From positions 1,728,001-1,792,000 of the forward strand of contig OZ257142.1 in assembly GCA_965279035.1 (NCBI GenBank): a stretch of 64,000 nucleotides of DNA. The letters are read 5' to 3'. The stretch comes from Bacteroidia bacterium. Its GTDB lineage: Bacteria; Bacteroidota; Bacteroidia; M30B66. Below the pieces are notes generated by a model, which had not been told where the DNA came from, did no database searches, and saw only the letters and a list, made by a program, of their open reading frames with translations. Below, piece after piece: positions 10,839 to 20,095 of this stretch. How positions within the stretch are numbered: position 1 is the first letter of the stretch; each line of letters begins with the position of its first letter. The position numbers and the translations under genes are program-made.

Positions 10839-12077
10839 TTACTCGAAACGAAGCGCGTCAATAGGGTCGAGCTTGGCTGCTTTTATGGCGGGAATTAAAC
10901 CTGAAAGCAGCCCAACAATAAAGCAGAGAACTGCAGCCAAAATCATCCATGCCCAGGGAATAATAAAACCTTGTTCGAAATACATCGAAACACCATTGCC
11001 CATAAGGATTCCTAAAATAATTCCGAGCGCACCGCCCAATTGACAAATCACAATGGCCTCGATGAGGAATTGATTACGTATGGTGTTGGAAGTGGCGCCA
11101 ATGGCTTTTCGTACACCAATTTCGCGAGTGCGTTCGGTGACTGATACAAGCATAATATTCATCAACCCGATAGCAGCACCCAATAAGGTGATGATCGCAA
11201 TGAGAGTTGCTGCAATGGTAACAAACGACAAATTATCTATTAGCATCATAGAGAGATTGTCGCTTTTGGTGATTTCGAAATTTACAGGATCTTTTGTGCG
11301 TAGCTTGCGGATGATGCGAAAGAAACCGGTTGCTTCAGCCAATGTTGCATCCATCATTTCTGGTGAATTTGCCAACACATTAATTACATACGACATGGAA
11401 TTAGAACCAAAATGTTGACGAATATTAAGCAGTGGCAAGAGCACTATTTTATCACCTCCAAAACCGAAACTTGAGCCTTTCTCTTTAAGTAATCCAATGA
11501 CTTTTACTTTGATTGCTCCTACCGAAATTTCTTTACCAATGGGAGATGTTTTGGGGAATAAATTCTTTTTTAATTCTTGTCCAATGAGTGCGACGTTAGC
11601 ACCAGACTTAATTTCTGTCATTGAGAAATTTCGTCCTTCATCTAATTCATATCCCGCAGTAACTAAATAATTTTCATCACCTCCAAAAACAGTGATGTTC
11701 GGATTTGTTATTAATGAACCTGATTTGATGGTTGAAATTCTAGAACCTACACAACTTACGCCGATACGCGAAGGAAAAGTAAATTCAGATTTAAAACGAT
11801 TAGCTTCTTCGAATGAAATTGTTTTGTAAACAGTTGGACGTTTTCCGCCTTTACCAATTCTCACATTGGAACCTCGATTCCGAATGTTAAAGGTATTGGC
11901 ACCCATCGAAGTAAAATTCGAAGTAATGCTTTCTTTGATGACATCAATTGCCGTAAGAATTCCAACCAAGGCCATGATTCCTAAAGCAATAATCATAATG
12001 GTAAGAAAAGTACGCAGCGATTGCGATTTAATCGAAGTGAGTGCTATGCGTATATTCTCAAAAACCAAAGGATTCAT
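10839..12077 (-). CDS. MacB/FtsX-family ABC transporter permease
   Basis: AIGLMNIMLVSVTERTREIGVRKAIGA; PAIKAAKLDPIDALRFE. Confidence 0.93.
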   Translation of the reverse strand: MNPLVFENIRIALTSIKSQSLRTFLTIMIIALGIMALVGILTAIDVIKESITSNFTSMGANTFNIRNRGSNVRIGKGGKRPTVYKTISFEEANRFKSEFTFPSRIGVSCVGSRISTIKSGSLITNPNITVFGGDENYLVTAGYELDEGRNFSMTEIKSGANVALIGQELKKNLFPKTSPIGKEISVGAIKVKVIGLLKEKGSSFGFGGDKIVLLPLLNIRQHFGSNSMSYVINVLANSPEMMDATLAEATGFFRIIRKLRTKDPVNFEITKSDNLSMMLIDNLSFVTIAATLIAIITLLGAAIGLMNIMLVSVTERTREIGVRKAIGATSNTIRNQFLIEAIVICQLGGALGIILGILMGNGVSMYFEQGFIIPWAWMILAAVLCFIVGLLSGLIPAIKAAKLDPIDALRFE

Positions 12078-12205
12078 GTGGTAAAGATAGGGGAGAAGAT
12101 GAATGAACAAAATCCTTTTCCCAAACAGATATTCGAGTTGTTTTGGCTGCTAAAAAATCCTTTGAGTTTATCTCCTCAATTTGTATTTTCGTGAAAATTC
12201 AACAG

Positions 12206-12427
12206 ATGAAACGTTCTATTTTATTGATCATTTCAGGAGTGCTACTCTGTTTTTGCTCATGTAAAAAATGCTATATGTGCACTTGTACCGATACAACAGT
12301 TTTAGGTGGTTGTTCCGTTGCTGGTCAGCAAACTGAAATGTGTGATAAAGGCTTAGTTGGAAAATCGATGTTAACCGTGCGCGTATCTCAAAAAGAATCC
12401 GAAGGAAATACTTGCACTCTTGAATAA
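12206..12427 (+). CDS. Small Cys-rich lipoprotein
   Basis: MKRSILL signal, lipobox-like FCSC, then KKCYMCTC...C...C...C. Confidence 0.6.
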   Translation: MKRSILLIISGVLLCFCSCKKCYMCTCTDTTVLGGCSVAGQQTEMCDKGLVGKSMLTVRVSQKESEGNTCTLE

Positions 12428-13040
12428 TTCCTCGATTGAATCAATTGCCGAATTTATTCCTGGTTTTCTTTTGGAATTTCCCAGCTTGGCTCATTGCTTA
12501 CCATGGGAAATACCCAGTTTATTAGAAGCCGCCATTGTTCGAAAAATTTCGGTCTTTAATGATGATTATTTGGTGAATGATACCATTGCAATTCATCGAA
12601 CTGCAAACGTAGAACAAGGTGCTATTTTAAAAGGTCCACTTATTATTGGTCCTCATTGTTTTATTGCAGCACATGCTTATTTACGAGCAGGAGTTTTTCT
12701 TTCGGAAGGTGTAGTAATTGGACCAGGCGTTGAAATTAAATCGAGTTTTATAGGAGTAAAATCACGTATTGCCCATTTTAATTTTGTGGGTGATAGCCTA
12801 ATTGGTGATGATGTAAATATTGAAGCGGGTGCTGTCATTGCCAATCATCTCAACGAACGTGAAAATCGTAATCTACAATTCATGTGGTCGGGAAAATTGC
12901 ACAAAACAACTTGCGAAAAATTTGGAGCATTGATCGGAAATAAGGCATGCATTGGAGCGAATGCAGTTATTTCTCCCGGCACAATCATTCCCGCCGGGAG
13001 CATTGTTCCTCGTTTAGCTTTGGTTGATCAACAACTTTAA
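12420..13040 (+). CDS. Hexapeptide-repeat (left-handed beta-helix) transferase, GlmU C-terminal/LpxA-like
   Basis: Hexapeptide repeats, HFNFVGDSLIG, KFGALIG..IGANAVISPG. Confidence 0.85.
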   Translation: MNNSSIESIAEFIPGFLLEFPSLAHCLPWEIPSLLEAAIVRKISVFNDDYLVNDTIAIHRTANVEQGAILKGPLIIGPHCFIAAHAYLRAGVFLSEGVVIGPGVEIKSSFIGVKSRIAHFNFVGDSLIGDDVNIEAGAVIANHLNERENRNLQFMWSGKLHKTTCEKFGALIGNKACIGANAVISPGTIIPAGSIVPRLALVDQQL

Positions 13041-13092
13041 TATGCGTTTCGAATGCTTGAATTTTAAATTCATTCATTCAGCATCCCACAAA

Positions 13093-16000
13093 TTAACGAT
13101 CTAGGAAATCACGTTTACGTTTCTCAATACCAATCATAAACTGATACGGTGGTTTTCCATTTTCACCATCTACCGATCGTTTCTTCGCATCCAATTCGCG
13201 CACTGCTTTATTAAATGCTTCATCTCCTGCAATCACACTCATTATATTACGTGTGTAGTTGAAGAAAAACCATTTCTGAGATTCCAATTCGATGTAGAAA
13301 TTCAAAATATCTCCACCTCGTTTTTTGACCAATTCGATTTTTCCTTTGATGACTTTATTTACCGGAGTTTTACCAATATTCGAAATTGATAACCATCCTT
13401 CAGAAACATAGGATCGTGTTTCGGTATTCCATTTCATTTCTACATTCGAAAACACAATGGAATGATTGAGTTCATCGGGGAAACGTTTGATAGAACCTGT
13501 TGCTGCAAGATCTTTCAACACCTTATCCGCTTGCTCTTTTCCAATTAATCCAATGAGGGCTTTTTTATAATCACTCGATGAAACATCCGAAGCCTGCAAT
13601 CCACTCGTAGCAGCAATTCCATCCTCAATCATTTTCCATAATTCAGGAGCGAAAAAGAAATCCATTGCAATGCTTGCTTTAAACTTGGTTTCATCGGTTG
13701 CAATACTGTGCGAAGCCTTTCCAAATGTTTGCAACTTGACTTGTCCCAAATCGAGCCCGAAACTCAAATTCCCTTCTCCCGAAACATCACAATTAGCTTG
13801 CTTCATAGCAACGTAATCGTCGGCCAATTCAGGATTTCCAAATTTCTCTTTTGTAGTAATCTGATATTCCTGTGCGGTTTTATTAAATCGTAAATAGCCA
13901 CGTGAATTGAGAATTTCCTGATCGCCAGTCTTCTCTTTTTTCGACATAAACACAGGATACACATGGGTTGAATCTTTCACTAAAACAAGACCAGCCATGA
14001 GTTTCTCATTATCAACGCTACGTGGAAAAGAATCTACTGGAATTAAAATGTCGGCAGGATCGATTGGTGCTTTGAACTTAAGCCAGTTTTTATTTAATGA
14101 AGTACAATTATGTACAATGCGAACACCGCCTTCGAATGTTAGATTTTTTTCGGGCGCAAACAAATTCACTTTGCCTTTGAAATCGAAATTCGAACTCAAT
14201 GTAAATTTCTGTTCTTCTTCAATTTCACCTGTTCCAATAGTATTTCCTAAAGTGTCCTGAGTGATTTTGGTGAATTTAATTACCTGAACTTTCCCTAATT
14301 CATCCTCGAAATCATAACTGCCACTAGCAGTATATTTCCGTTTGGCTGTAATGTCGATGTTCGCATCATATATATCATGATACTTCAAATCGTTGTTAGC
14401 ATTTAAGCGCGACTTGGTTAAGGTGGTCATAACTGCATTTCGCTCAATATTGATTTTTTCATCTGCCGGATAAATAGTTGCATCTGCAACGCGAATCAAT
14501 TTCACCCCATCAGTACGAATGGTTCGATCGGCCATCGCATATTTTGCCTTGGGAGCAACAAAGGTGATTGAATCCTGATCGGGCCTCGTCGAAACGAACC
14601 GCGATCCAATCAAGTCAATCTCGTTCATCGAGGAATTCATGTCCACCTCGTCTTTATCCATATACCAGCGAAGTTCATCCATGTAGGCGATGTATTTATT
14701 CACTGGGAATTCGATGTAGGAATCGGCAGAGTTCGACTTAAATTGACCTTGACGGTTCTTGAAACTCACATCCGCTTTTACGTTATCGGTTTTAATGGCG
14801 ACTTCTTTTGTTCCATCATTTTTCACTTCATCACGCGCAGTGAAAGCAAACGAAGCCGTATCGGATTTGAAATCTTCTTTTCGGAACCTGAATTTCTTCG
14901 AAGCTACTTCGGCACTTGCAAACTCTAAAGTTCCAGCTCCTGTCATTCCGGCTTCACCAATGGCAATTTTCCCACTCAATTTCGATTCACCAGCATACAT
15001 CACGATAGCTTGTGAGGTTTGAGCCACTTCGAATTTGTTAGGTTGATAGGGTTCCCAATGCAATTTCACATCAGCTGCTTCTACATCCGGAAATTCCACA
15101 TTGCCTTGCTGTGCAGCCTGAACGGTTAAGCTTCGACAAAAAGCATTCACCGAATCTGGGAAAAACACAAAGTCGTTCGATTTTGCTGAGGTTGTCAAAT
15201 ACTTGATTTCGCCATCACCACGCAAACCTTTATGACTCATCTGCAATTTGTTAATAAAAACACCTTTGCTCTGATAAATTGGCAATCCTTCTTCTTCGGT
15301 TTCACGTTTAAATCCTAATGAATAATCTTCCTGTAATCGCAGTTCCTCGCGCAAATCAGGGAAAATTCCAGCCGAAACAAAATTGCCTTTAAACACCAAT
15401 CCATCATTCGAGAAATTATCGAGACTATCAACCGTATAGGGATCTAATTGGAAATAAAAATTACTACGATTATATACGTTATTTAATATAGAACCCTTTT
15501 GATAAAAAGCATAGGAATTCTTTACAGAGTTGAAGATTGGGTACTGAGCTAGCGATTTCACACCGCTTTTATTGTATGGATGATCGATGAGCAAATCCCC
15601 AATAATATTTTCAATAACGGTCTTTACTTTAATCAAGGGTTTCTTTCCAAATTCATCCAATTCTCCTCCTTCAACGCGCAATCGCAATGAATCCACATTG
15701 TCGAGATTCAACTTAAATTTATCATAATTGAAATCGAACTTTTTACCAAAGAATTCAAATCGTCCCGCCATGATTCGGCCGGCAAAATCAAAGTCTCGGT
15801 TTTTATGGATCATCAGCTCTTGATTTTTCGGATAGATCACCACATTTTGTGAATCGCTCAAGAAAATTCGTTCAACACCTTTCATCCGCAAATCCCAATT
15901 AAGCAAACTTAATTCTGCATTGTTTTCAGATCCACCCACATTGGAAAAAAACTGAATCACATCATAATCGGCTCTACCATTCAGCGCCAGCAAGTATTTT

Positions 16001-17553
16001 CTCAAACGCGGCTTGAATGTCACCATTTGAGTTTCTTCGTTATAAATAACAAATCCTTTTACCGAAAGTCTTCTTAAAATATGACGAATTTGAGTAGGCT
16101 CAATGCGGTAGAAACGGGCAACTTCATCCGAATGAAATTCCTCTCGTCCACCATTAGCATCCGATAATTTTCGCAATACAACAAGCGGACTTTCTTCGTC
16201 CATCCCTTTGATTTCGATAAAGCGCTCCTCTCTGAAATAATCCGATGATTCGAAAAGAGCTTTACTTTCTACTGCACCTGGAATCGCTCTAAAATGTAAT
16301 GTTGGTTCATCCACCTTCCATTCGAGCACTTCAAAATCCATATCCAGTTGATGATAGCTGTTTGAATAAGGCGTTTTAGAAGTCCCTTCATTGTTACGAA
16401 GGAGATAAAACTGACGTTTGTCGTCGAGATAACGAAATACTAAACCGGGATGAACAATAGAATCTTCATCAATCCTAATATTGACAGAAGCTTGAGATGA
16501 ATTGAGGCTATTATTTTCGATGAGGAAGGCCGACGATTGAACTTTGATAAAGGGTTTTCCTTCGCGTTTGAAATAGAATGTAGCTGGATTTTCAAGATTT
16601 CCCGATCCAAGCAATTGAGCACCTTGGACCGTTAATCCACCTTTATAATCAATGTTCTTGAAGATTCCTGGAATACTGAACTCAGTATTGTAAGAACTAA
16701 AGCGCGGATAGGTTGCATCGCGTTTGCCGGGATTGTCGGTGAGCTTTTCGCTTACTTGACCAAGGATAGGTTCTTTGAAATATTTAGGAAAAGTAAAGGT
16801 GGCGCTATCTCCCGTGAATTTGGTTGTTTTAACAATGAGTTCATACTTGGAAAGTTTAGCATTGGCTTCATCTTCTTTCAAACCAGCACGTTCCCAAAGA
16901 AGCTTCCCACCTTTTCCAATAAAACGGTATTCGGTAGGATAAAATATTCCCGAAGTTGTATAAATAATGGTGCTATCGCCACGAGTAACACCTCTAAGAT
17001 TGGTTGTTGGAATGGTGATGTTGGCCAAACTATCAAATCCAAATTTGACGTCACTTGTACCGATATACCAAGCAACTGCTTCGGATTTGTAAAAGGCATT
17101 GTAGCGAATTAAATTCTCGGACGTTATAAGGTATTGATCGAATTTTCCGGCGGTGATTTTGGTGATGAGTTGATTTACTTGCGTGTTCCAATCATTATAA
17201 TAATCAACAGATTTAGTGCTTTCCCCATAGGCAATGATGCATTGAAAATAATCTCTAAAATTCGGAATAGCATTCATCCTTTTTTTCATCATCGCATTGG
17301 AAGTTGTGATGATGGATTGTTTCACTCCAAGGCTAAATTTCGTTTCCCACAATGGCTCTAGTTGATCGATGAGCAACTTGGCTTGTTGTTTATCGGCAGC
17401 AGATATATAGGTCTCAATGTCTTTCAGAAATTGAACCGGTTCATTCGAAAATGACTTGATTGGTTGCGCAAGTCCGGTTTCTGTAATGAGCAAAATGAGA
17501 ATTGCCGGAAAGAATAGTAGGCGCTTCAGTAGGGATGAATACTTGCTTAGCAT
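13093..17553 (-). CDS. Very large exported hypothetical protein (1486 aa)
   Basis: Long uninterrupted ORF, signal peptide ending GLA-Q, beta-strand-rich. Confidence 0.85.
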   Translation of the reverse strand: MLSKYSSLLKRLLFFPAILILLITETGLAQPIKSFSNEPVQFLKDIETYISAADKQQAKLLIDQLEPLWETKFSLGVKQSIITTSNAMMKKRMNAIPNFRDYFQCIIAYGESTKSVDYYNDWNTQVNQLITKITAGKFDQYLITSENLIRYNAFYKSEAVAWYIGTSDVKFGFDSLANITIPTTNLRGVTRGDSTIIYTTSGIFYPTEYRFIGKGGKLLWERAGLKEDEANAKLSKYELIVKTTKFTGDSATFTFPKYFKEPILGQVSEKLTDNPGKRDATYPRFSSYNTEFSIPGIFKNIDYKGGLTVQGAQLLGSGNLENPATFYFKREGKPFIKVQSSAFLIENNSLNSSQASVNIRIDEDSIVHPGLVFRYLDDKRQFYLLRNNEGTSKTPYSNSYHQLDMDFEVLEWKVDEPTLHFRAIPGAVESKALFESSDYFREERFIEIKGMDEESPLVVLRKLSDANGGREEFHSDEVARFYRIEPTQIRHILRRLSVKGFVIYNEETQMVTFKPRLRKYLLALNGRADYDVIQFFSNVGGSENNAELSLLNWDLRMKGVERIFLSDSQNVVIYPKNQELMIHKNRDFDFAGRIMAGRFEFFGKKFDFNYDKFKLNLDNVDSLRLRVEGGELDEFGKKPLIKVKTVIENIIGDLLIDHPYNKSGVKSLAQYPIFNSVKNSYAFYQKGSILNNVYNRSNFYFQLDPYTVDSLDNFSNDGLVFKGNFVSAGIFPDLREELRLQEDYSLGFKRETEEEGLPIYQSKGVFINKLQMSHKGLRGDGEIKYLTTSAKSNDFVFFPDSVNAFCRSLTVQAAQQGNVEFPDVEAADVKLHWEPYQPNKFEVAQTSQAIVMYAGESKLSGKIAIGEAGMTGAGTLEFASAEVASKKFRFRKEDFKSDTASFAFTARDEVKNDGTKEVAIKTDNVKADVSFKNRQGQFKSNSADSYIEFPVNKYIAYMDELRWYMDKDEVDMNSSMNEIDLIGSRFVSTRPDQDSITFVAPKAKYAMADRTIRTDGVKLIRVADATIYPADEKINIERNAVMTTLTKSRLNANNDLKYHDIYDANIDITAKRKYTASGSYDFEDELGKVQVIKFTKITQDTLGNTIGTGEIEEEQKFTLSSNFDFKGKVNLFAPEKNLTFEGGVRIVHNCTSLNKNWLKFKAPIDPADILIPVDSFPRSVDNEKLMAGLVLVKDSTHVYPVFMSKKEKTGDQEILNSRGYLRFNKTAQEYQITTKEKFGNPELADDYVAMKQANCDVSGEGNLSFGLDLGQVKLQTFGKASHSIATDETKFKASIAMDFFFAPELWKMIEDGIAATSGLQASDVSSSDYKKALIGLIGKEQADKVLKDLAATGSIKRFPDELNHSIVFSNVEMKWNTETRSYVSEGWLSISNIGKTPVNKVIKGKIELVKKRGGDILNFYIELESQKWFFFNYTRNIMSVIAGDEAFNKAVRELDAKKRSVDGENGKPPYQFMIGIEKRKRDFLDR

Positions 17554-17715
17554 GTTTGCAAATTACCTATTTCGAATGCAGATGTTGAGGGATTTGAAAA
17601 TTGATTTTTGCACAAGTTTTAAGCAATCATGCGGTTCTTAAAGAAAATTATCCAGTTTTGATATTTCTTAATTTTTCATGTAGGTTTGTGCAGAAGGTTA
17701 ACCATTATGCATTCA

Positions 17716-18618
17716 ATGAAATTCTATACAAAATCAAGTCTGAGTGCCGTTCTATTTTTAGCAGGAGGACTCCTACTGAGTAGCTGCGGCGGAAGTGACA
17801 AAAAAACCGAAGGCTCATCATCCGACACATTGGCTGTAGCTGACTCAACGCCTAAAAACGAGGATTATTTTCAGGTTCCATTACCGGCTGAACTTTTTCG
17901 TTCACTTCAGCAAAACGGAGTTAAGTCGCGTCCGAACTTGCTAAATCCGGTTGAAAATATTTCTTCTTATACTTCATCTACATACAAAGCCCTCAATTTT
18001 GGGGTGTATAGTTCTGATTTATTTTTCTGCAGCACATTCGATTTAAAGTCGGATGTATTGAAATATTTCGAGAATTTGAAAAAACTTTCCGACGAATTAG
18101 GAATCAGTTCGGTTGTGAATGATGCTACAATGAAGCGCATCGAGAAAAATTTAGGTAACAAAGATTCTTTGAGCAAAATTACCGATCAAGTATTTTTTGA
18201 GGCATCAACAAACCTTGAGAAGAATGGGCAAGGAGCAACATTGGCTTTACTCATTGCTGGAGGATTAACAGAAAGTATCTATTTGAGTACCTGTGTTGCT
18301 GATCAATACAAAGAAGGAAGTGTTGTATCAAGTATTATTGCTGATCAAAAATTCCCATTGGTGAATTTGTACGATTACATGAATAAATATCCCGAAGATG
18401 CTCGAATTGCTGAAGCGCGTAAATTGATTGATCCCTTAAAAGCAGCTTATGATGCATTAAAGGAAGCAGCTCATACTCCTAGTAAATCGAAAGACGGTAA
18501 GAAAGTAATTGGTGGTGAAACTCATTTAGTGATTACTGCCGACGATTATACTAAAATTCGTGAAGCTGCAGCAACTGTTAGAGCTTCTATTTCCAAAACA
18601 AGTCCAGCTAAAAACTAA
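17716..18618 (+). CDS. Helical lipoprotein, hypothetical
   Basis: Lipobox LSSC, low-complexity linker, ALNFGVYSSDL motif; first gene of the siaBC operon. Confidence 0.8.
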   Translation: MKFYTKSSLSAVLFLAGGLLLSSCGGSDKKTEGSSSDTLAVADSTPKNEDYFQVPLPAELFRSLQQNGVKSRPNLLNPVENISSYTSSTYKALNFGVYSSDLFFCSTFDLKSDVLKYFENLKKLSDELGISSVVNDATMKRIEKNLGNKDSLSKITDQVFFEASTNLEKNGQGATLALLIAGGLTESIYLSTCVADQYKEGSVVSSIIADQKFPLVNLYDYMNKYPEDARIAEARKLIDPLKAAYDALKEAAHTPSKSKDGKKVIGGETHLVITADDYTKIREAAATVRASISKTSPAKN

Positions 18619-18641
18619 GATTCATACTAAAAAGGCACACA

Positions 18642-19145
18642 ATGCGTATACTTTTTTCTGCTTTCATTTTTCTTATTCTGGTTTGTCCACTCAGTGCTCA
18701 ACAGCTTCAGAAATCAGATAATATTCCGGCTTCAGAACTCTGCTCCGATTATCATAAAAAGAATCTTTCATTCGAAAAGAAAGACATTAACTTTCGATAT
18801 AATTCTCAATCGCGAAGTGCTTTATTTCGTCCGGGACAATCATCGAAACTTTCATTTACAGCTTTCAAAGGCAATGAATATCGCATTACCTGCGGCGCCG
18901 AAAATTCGGTGTTGAACGGTGGTACAGTTTCGTTCAAAATATTAGATGCTAAAACAAAGAATGTCTTGTTTGATAGTGAAGCTGAAGGAGCTACTTTGTT
19001 CGAATTTATATGTGATAATTCATTGAATTTGATTCTCGAAATAGCCTTGCCAGAAGCAACATCTACCTCTTCTACTAAGAAAGTTGTTTATGGCTGCGTT
19101 GGTTTTCTCATGGAGAGTCGACCAGCATTGCAAACTGGTTTCTAA
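18642..19145 (+). CDS. Exported hypothetical protein
   Basis: Signal peptide, YNSQSRSA and GCVGFL motifs; 23-bp gap from the upstream gene and 22-bp gap to siaB. Confidence 0.8.
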   Translation: MRILFSAFIFLILVCPLSAQQLQKSDNIPASELCSDYHKKNLSFEKKDINFRYNSQSRSALFRPGQSSKLSFTAFKGNEYRITCGAENSVLNGGTVSFKILDAKTKNVLFDSEAEGATLFEFICDNSLNLILEIALPEATSTSSTKKVVYGCVGFLMESRPALQTGF

Positions 19146-19167
19146 ACACGCTTGATTCTGCTATAGG

Positions 19168-19713
19168 ATGTTCGATATATACGATTTCTACGAAAAAATG
19201 GAGGATGGCAAAATCATGCTGTCTTTTAAAGGAGAAATCACATCCGAACTTCTTACTTCGATACTTCATATTATGGAGTCGAAACTCGATAATATTGGAG
19301 AAGAGCCCCGACTGCGCAAGAAAGTATATAATGTATTAGTTGAATGCTTGCAAAACTTGTATCATCATAACGATGGTTTGACCGACGATCCGAAAGCGAA
19401 TCAACGATCAGCATTATTTCTAATTGGCCGTAGTGATGATAGTACTTACAAAATCATTACAGGAAATTATATACTGAATTCTAATGTTGAGGCATTCAAA
19501 GCACGTATCGATGTAATCAACGGTTTGAACAAGAACGAACTAAAAGATTTATACATCAAAACATTAAATAACGAAGAGTTTTCTGGAAAAGGCGGTGGTG
19601 GTTTAGGCTTAATTGATATTGCTCGTAAATCGGGACAAAAGATCGATTATTCGCATACACCGATAGATGATACCTATTCCTTTTTTAGTTTACTTATCAA
19701 GGTAACTCATTAA
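19168..19713 (+). CDS. siaB: SiaB-family protein kinase (DUF6272, GHKL fold)
   Basis: VECLQNLYHH N-box, TGN, KGGGGLGLIDIARKSG G-box; adjacent siaC. Confidence 0.88.
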   Translation: MFDIYDFYEKMEDGKIMLSFKGEITSELLTSILHIMESKLDNIGEEPRLRKKVYNVLVECLQNLYHHNDGLTDDPKANQRSALFLIGRSDDSTYKIITGNYILNSNVEAFKARIDVINGLNKNELKDLYIKTLNNEEFSGKGGGGLGLIDIARKSGQKIDYSHTPIDDTYSFFSLLIKVTH

Positions 19714-19717
19714 TACA

Positions 19718-20095
19718 ATGGAATCAATTGCTATTGAAATAACACCCAAAACACCTTTAGTGAAACTCACTTCGAAGGATGGAATAATGGAATTCCGTGG
19801 GCGTTCGATCCCTGAAAATTCAATTGAGTTTTATACACCCGTTTTTAATTGGATTGATAAATATAGCCTTCAACCCAAAGAGAAAACAACCGTTCAAATT
19901 CAACTTGAATATTTTAACACAAGTTCTTCAAAGTGCTTACTTGATATCTTTAAAAAACTTCAAAGCTTGCATTTATCAGGTAAATCGGAAGTTACCGTTA
20001 ATTGGTATTACGAAGAAGATGATGAAGACATGCTTGAGGCGGGCGAAGATTACCAAGCCATCATTAAGGTTCCCTTTGTAATGATTAAAATTTAA
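19718..20095 (+). CDS. siaC: SiaC-family phospho-acceptor (DUF1987)
   Basis: TP.V, GRSIPEN..EFY, LEYFNTSSSK, WYYEEDDEDMLEAGEDY. Confidence 0.92.
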   Translation: MESIAIEITPKTPLVKLTSKDGIMEFRGRSIPENSIEFYTPVFNWIDKYSLQPKEKTTVQIQLEYFNTSSSKCLLDIFKKLQSLHLSGKSEVTVNWYYEEDDEDMLEAGEDYQAIIKVPFVMIKI

